From Amoebophrya sp. A120 (taxonomy: Eukaryota; Protista; Dinoflagellata), in the NCBI GenBank assembly GCA_905178155.1, contig CAJINV010000002.1, positions 12,896,204 through 12,960,203 of the forward strand: a stretch of 64,000 nucleotides of DNA. The letters are read 5' to 3'. Positions within the stretch are counted from its first letter, which is position 1; every line of letters starts with the position of its first letter. Shown here one piece after another: positions 61,501 through 64,000 of this stretch. A program made the position numbers and the translations under genes. The notes under the pieces were generated by a model. That model did no database searches. It was given only the letters and a program-made list of their open reading frames with translations, and was not told the origin of the DNA.

Positions 61501-63597
61501 AGCTCGCTCTCCCTCCGGGCGCATGCGCGCATGTCCAGCGCGCTGTCCGTGGCCGGGCCGGGGCTCGCCCGCCTCGGCGGAGCGATTTCCGTGTTCGACT
61601 TCATGCACCTGGCAAGCTCACTGTCGATGCGGGACCACCTGATTGGTGGGGCGCGCCTGTCATTGATTGACTTCTTGCAAATGGGCTCCACGTTGAGCGT
61701 TCGTAGCGTGCAGCGCACCGGGAAAAACCTTTCCGTCCTCGACTTCACCTCCTTCGGAAGCAGCTTGTCTCTGCGCAACACGATGAGAGTCGGCAGCTCG
61801 TTCAGCGTCTTTGCGAAGTGCATTTCCGCGCCGGTGAATCTGAGCGTATTGGATTCGTCCTTCCTCGGCAGCTCGGTGAGCGTGCGCCAGCTCGCGTATG
61901 TGGGCGGGCGCTATTCGATGCTGGATACTTTGATGTTGGGAAGTGCGCTGTCAGTTCGAGGCCTTTCGCGCCTCGGCTCTGGGTTCAGCGCCGCCGGCCT
62001 CGTGCGACTTGGCAGCGTTTTGCAGTGCTCCGTGGTCGATTTCCTCCACCTGGGCAGCTCCGTCTCCGTGCGGTCTGTTGCCAAGATGCAGGATAAGATC
62101 TCCGTGTTGGACTTCCTCAAGATCGGGTCGTCGCTCAGTGTGCGCAGCGGCGCTCGCCTCGAAAAGGCGACTTCGGTGCTGTGTTTCGCGCATTTGTCGA
62201 GTTCGTTGTCGCTCCGACGGTTTGGACAAGTCAGCGGGGATGTTTCCGTGTTGGATTCGATCGCGCTCGGTTCATCTCTCAGTCTCCGTTCCGGAATGCG
62301 GATTGGTTCCCGGCTGTCCCTGCTCGACTGCCTGCACATCGGCTCCTCCATGAGCGTCCGCGCGGCCTGCCAGTTGGGCAGCTCCCTTTCCGTGTATGCA
62401 GCCACCCAGCGCCGCACTTCCGCCGTCGGGAATTGTGCGTCCGTCCTGAACCAACTGCACCTGGGAAGCTCGCTTTCGGTCCGCAGTGTGGCTCGTTTCG
62501 GCAGCACGCTGTCGGCCTTCAGCTTTGCCACGATGGGTAGCTCGATTTCCATCCGCACTCTGTTGCGCCTGGGGTCGTGCTTGTCAACTTCCGAAAACTT
62601 CGGACTTGGTGGTGGCCAGATGTCCATATCGGACCACCTGCATGTTGGCAGCGGTTTGTCCCTCCGTGGATACGCAAATTTGGCTGGCAGACTGTCAACC
62701 TTCGATTTCCTGACCCTCGGGTCGTCCATCAGTCTCCGGACTTACGCGCGCCTTGGCAGCAGCATGAGCGTTCGCGAACGCGTGAAGGTATCGGATGCGC
62801 AGAAGAAGATGAGTGTGATGCAGGCAACCACCATCGGAAGCTCCTTGTCGATTCGTTGCTTCGCGCGCTGTGGTGCAGTGTCCGTTCTCGACTACGTTCA
62901 GCTCGGGTCCAGTCTCTCCATTCGGGCAGCCACTCGCATCGGCGAAGCGGTCCAGCAGACCACCTCGCTGCGTTTGGTGGCAGAGTGCGGGTCCGCGATC
63001 AGCATTCGTGGCATGCTGCGGTTGGGATCGTCTCTTTCGACCTTCTCTCGCTGCATGCTTGGGTCCAGCCTGAGCATCCTGGACAGCATCCACATCGGCA
63101 GCTCCGTCTCGCTGCGGGCCTGCTCGCGGTATAACGCCCGCGTGAGTGTGTTCGACTTCCTCTCTCTGGGAAGCGCCATCTCCGTGCGGGTTCACACCCA
63201 CTTTGGGTCGGCGCTCAGTGTGTACGGGCAAGTGAAGCTTGTCGACCGACTTTCGGTTCTCGACCAGTTTGCGCTCGGTAGCACCCTGTCCACCCGCGTG
63301 CTCGCGCGGTGCGGCAGCAATCAGTCCCTGCTCGCCTTCGGCTGCCTCGGCAGCTCCTTGTCGATGCGCGTGGTCCGCATGGGCTGTCGGTTATCGCTCC
63401 TGGACTTCTTGCAGACGGGAAGCAGCATGTCGTTGCGCGCCTACGGTCGCGTTGGGTCGGGCTGCAGCGTTTTGGCCGGTTTCCGATGCGGCTCAACCGC
63501 GTCGGTTCTCGACTTCTTGCACATTGGCAGCACGTTTTCCACGCGCAACGTCGGGCGATTCGGCTCCGCGCTCTCGGTACTGGACAACACCTTCTTC
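712..63597 (+). CDS. Giant multi-exon gene (at least 11 exons, 3'-incomplete) encoding a >=18,194-aa 12/36-residue repeat protein; putative secreted or membrane-anchored beta-solenoid, function unknown
   Basis: join(712..4594,5843..7350,7565..7607,7892..8938,9237..22151,22432..28310,30470..35563,37522..47264,47486..51637,52942..57331,57670..63597) = 54,582 nt, divisible by 3. All 10 frame transitions agree with intron lengths mod 3, and each junction rebuilds the repeat motif. Exact splice points can slide within each 5-bp direct repeat. The start codon is uncertain. Confidence 0.88.
4595..5837. mobile_element. Introner 1 (non-canonical intron, 1243 bp)
   Basis: TIR of about 35 bp: TATCACAGTGAAAAATGCCCCCCACCCC on the left, GGGGTGGGGGCGTTTTTCATTGTGATA on the right. 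Direct repeat CAGCT at 4590-4594 and 5838-5842. Confidence 0.92.
5843..7350 (+). CDS. Exon 2, repeats plus an acidic, N-glycosylation-rich insert
   Basis: Junction reads FGSS-Y-SIRSFSRFGSSM; same frame as ORF 5878..7374. Confidence 0.88.
7351..7559. mobile_element. Introner 2 (209 bp); can also be read as a GT-AG intron 7347..7560
   Basis: 31-bp TIR TATCCAACAAAAAAACTGTGTTAGTGTAACT with 2 mismatches. Direct repeat GGTTA (7346-7350) versus GGTCA (7560-7564). Confidence 0.9.
7565..7607 (+). CDS. Exon 3, micro-exon of 43-48 nt between two introners
   Basis: Encodes GSSCSVYGMTRFGS, the exact repeat segment missing between exons 2 and 4; frames match on both sides. Confidence 0.85.
7608..7886. 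mobile_element. Introner 3 (279 bp)
   Basis: Perfect 24-bp TIR TATCCTGTGTAAAAACGTCCCCAC. Direct repeat AAGTT at 7603-7607 and 7887-7891. The TIR resembles that of introner 1. Confidence 0.93.
7892..8938 (+). CDS. Exon 4, 36-aa repeats
   Basis: Junction reads FGS-S-CSLLDTIGLSSSLSLR; frame of ORF 7954..8943. Confidence 0.9.
8939..9231 (+). mobile_element. Introner 4 (293 bp), family A, forward
   Basis: TIR TAT..AATGCAAA..GTCTGGGTCTGGATGAGCGGC. Direct repeat CTCCG at 8934-8938 and 9232-9236. Interior is a TTTTGAAAATA array. Confidence 0.93.
9237..22151 (+). CDS. Exon 5 (12.9 kb), very regular 36-aa repeats
   Basis: Junction reads LGS-A-MSLY; frame of ORF 9158..22156. Confidence 0.92.
22152..22426 (+). 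mobile_element. Introner 5 (275 bp), family A, forward
   Basis: Same ends and interior type as introner 4. Direct repeat GTCGT at 22147-22151 and 22427-22431. Confidence 0.93.
22432..28310 (+). CDS. Exon 6, regular 36-aa repeats
   Basis: Junction reads SSLS-L-LDFVQLG; frame of ORF 22431..28394. Confidence 0.92.
28376..28557. repeat. Three tandem 60-bp repeats inside introner 6
   Basis: TGGACTTCCAAAATCCTAAAACCCAATTTCAG..GAGC..TCCAAAATTCGACAGGGGTC recurs at a 60-bp period; a remnant is present near 30190-30210. Confidence 0.9.
28591..29686. repeat. Degenerate 14-bp G-rich minisatellite (CCCGGGTTGCGGGT)n
   Basis: Directly visible; about 1.1 kb with very few A on the + strand. Confidence 0.95.
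30470..35563 (+). CDS. Exon 7, diverged repeats
   Basis: Junction reads LRSAA-RCGSFMSVF; frame of ORF 30485..35632. Confidence 0.9.
35564..37516. mobile_element. Introner 7 (1953 bp) carrying a 70/74-bp satellite
   Basis: Perfect 24-bp TIR TATGACACAAATAACTCAACCAAA. Direct repeat ACGTC at 35559-35563 and 37517-37521. Confidence 0.93.
35755..37326. repeat. Satellite of alternating ~70 and ~74-bp units containing the palindrome GGGTTCGAACCC
   Basis: Unit TTCGAGGCCCGAACCCGCATGGCAGAGCCGGGGTTCGAACCCGGGTCC followed by either AAGGGCCGAGCTTTCGCCCAGG or GCCGGCCGGACTTTCGCC..CAGA; roughly 21-22 units. Confidence 0.93.
37522..47264 (+). CDS. Exon 8, diverged 24/36-aa repeats
   Basis: Junction reads VLSHV-SLGSTLSIR; frame of ORF 37498..47337. 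Confidence 0.92.
47265..47480 (-). mobile_element. Introner 8 (216 bp), family A in reverse orientation
   Basis: Its left end (TATCCAATGC...TTTACTTTCGAACATCTAC) matches the reverse complement of the right end of introners 4 and 5. Direct repeat AGCAC at 47260-47264 and 47481-47485. Confidence 0.93.
47486..51637 (+). CDS. Exon 9
   Basis: Junction reads RVGS-T-LSVIQR; frame of ORF 47442..51677. Confidence 0.9.
51638..52936. mobile_element. Introner 9 (1299 bp) carrying a 19-bp satellite
   Basis: TIR of about 40-44 bp, TATGGGATTCTCACACGTTACATTCTCAACTGTGACATGA, imperfect. Direct repeat TCCGC at 51633-51637 and 52937-52941. Confidence 0.92.
51973..52770. repeat. Perfect 19-bp tandem array (CGGGTTTGGGTTCCGGGCC) x42
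   Basis: 798 bp / 19 = 42 copies; no variant copy seen. Confidence 0.96.
52942..57331 (+). CDS. Exon 10
   Basis: Junction reads FGVS-A-SVLNFANLG; frame of ORF 52946..57391. Confidence 0.9.
57332..57664. mobile_element. Introner 10 (333 bp), family-A-like TIR with an introner-6-like interior
   Basis: TIR TATCAAATGCAAAAGTGTCTGGGTCTGGAA on the left, TTCCAGACCCAGACCTATTTGCAGTTCATA on the right. Direct repeat CCCTC at 57327-57331 and 57665-57669. Confidence 0.9.
57670..63597 (+). CDS. Exon 11; the gene probably continues beyond the window
   Basis: Junction reads IDNTL-FGSTISVR; frame of ORF 57724..63609. The stop of that ORF lies inside the next TIR. Confidence 0.88.
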
Positions 63598-64000
63598 TAT
63601 CAAATGTAAAAATGTCTGGGTATGGAAGAGCTCCAGAAAAGCTCCAAGTTATTCTTTATTATTTCCGTGAGATTTCCGTGAGATTTACAAAATATTTGAA
63701 ACAAGTGGAAAAATAATTCTTTTTTATTTCCGTGAGATTGAAAAAGAATTCTTTTTTATTTCCGTGAGGTGGCCGCCCCAACTTTCCTCGGATGAGAGAA
63801 GTTGAGGTGGCCGCCCCAACTTTCCTCGGATGAGAGAAGTTGAGGTGGCCACTTCAACTTTCCGCGGATGAGAGAAGTTGAGGCGGCCACACCAACTTTC
63901 CTCGGATGAGAGAAGTTGAGGTGGCCACTTCAACTTTCCTCGGATGAGAGAAGTTGAGGTGGCCGCCCCAACTTTCCTCGGATGAGAGAAGTTGAGGTGG
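63598..64000. mobile_element. Introner 11, 5' part only (truncated by the window)
   Basis: Begins TATCAAATGTAAAAATGTCTGGGTATGGAAGAG, nearly identical to the left end of introner 10. The predicted direct repeat is TCTTC; the right end is not visible. Confidence 0.8.
63766..64000. repeat. 38-bp tandem repeat (GAGGTGGCCGCCCCAACTTTCCTCGGATGAGAGAAGTT)n, about 6 copies visible
   Basis: Period 38 (63766, 63804, ...), contiguous units with minor variants. Confidence 0.93.

Noticed and set aside
2200-63500. Hundreds of short antisense and alternate-frame ORFs
   Set aside because: Shadow ORFs caused by high GC3 and repetitive codons; no independent domain signal.
3050-63597. Leucine-rich repeat, ice-nucleation, pentapeptide-repeat or YadA-type assignment
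   Set aside because: It lacks LxxLxLxxN, AGYGSTxTA, 5-residue periodicity and SVAIG motifs, so no family or gene symbol is assigned.
712-63609. A tandem cluster of about 10 paralogous genes, or a transposon-disrupted pseudogene
   Set aside because: Every ORF stop lies inside a TIR element, excision restores frame and register at all 10 junctions, and the exons contain no stops or frameshifts.
4603-63609. Stop-codon readthrough or programmed frameshifting linking the ORFs
   Set aside because: The gaps are 0.2-2.2 kb of non-coding sequence with discrete TIR and direct-repeat borders.
63766-64000. CRISPR array (38-bp repeat; also the 60-bp and 70-bp repeats)
   Set aside because: Units are contiguous with no unique spacers, there are no cas genes, and the context is eukaryotic.

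Overview
The window is eukaryotic DNA occupied almost entirely by one giant + strand gene (712 to beyond 64000). The large + strand ORFs in the track are exons of this gene, not separate genes. They are interrupted by 11 transposon-like insertions (10 complete, 1 running off the window). Each complete insertion starts TAT(C/G), ends (C/G)ATA, has terminal inverted repeats of about 24-45 bp and is flanked by a 5-bp direct repeat. Removing each element plus one repeat copy restores the reading frame and the protein repeat register at all 10 junctions. The result is 54,582 coding nt, at least 18,194 aa, with no stop codon reached. Only one of the 10 junctions can be read as GT-AG. This matches, from recollection and without a database check, the non-canonical IR/DR 'introner' introns described in the parasitic dinoflagellate Amoebophrya (A120-type TAT ends), so the intron class itself is probably known. 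The product is an uncharacterised Ser/Leu/Gly-rich protein built from about 1,400 12-aa units (LGSSLSxxxxxx) arranged as 36-aa triplets, inferred to be an extracellular beta-solenoid fibre. The introners carry satellites, include one family inserted in both orientations, and include an apparent chimera.
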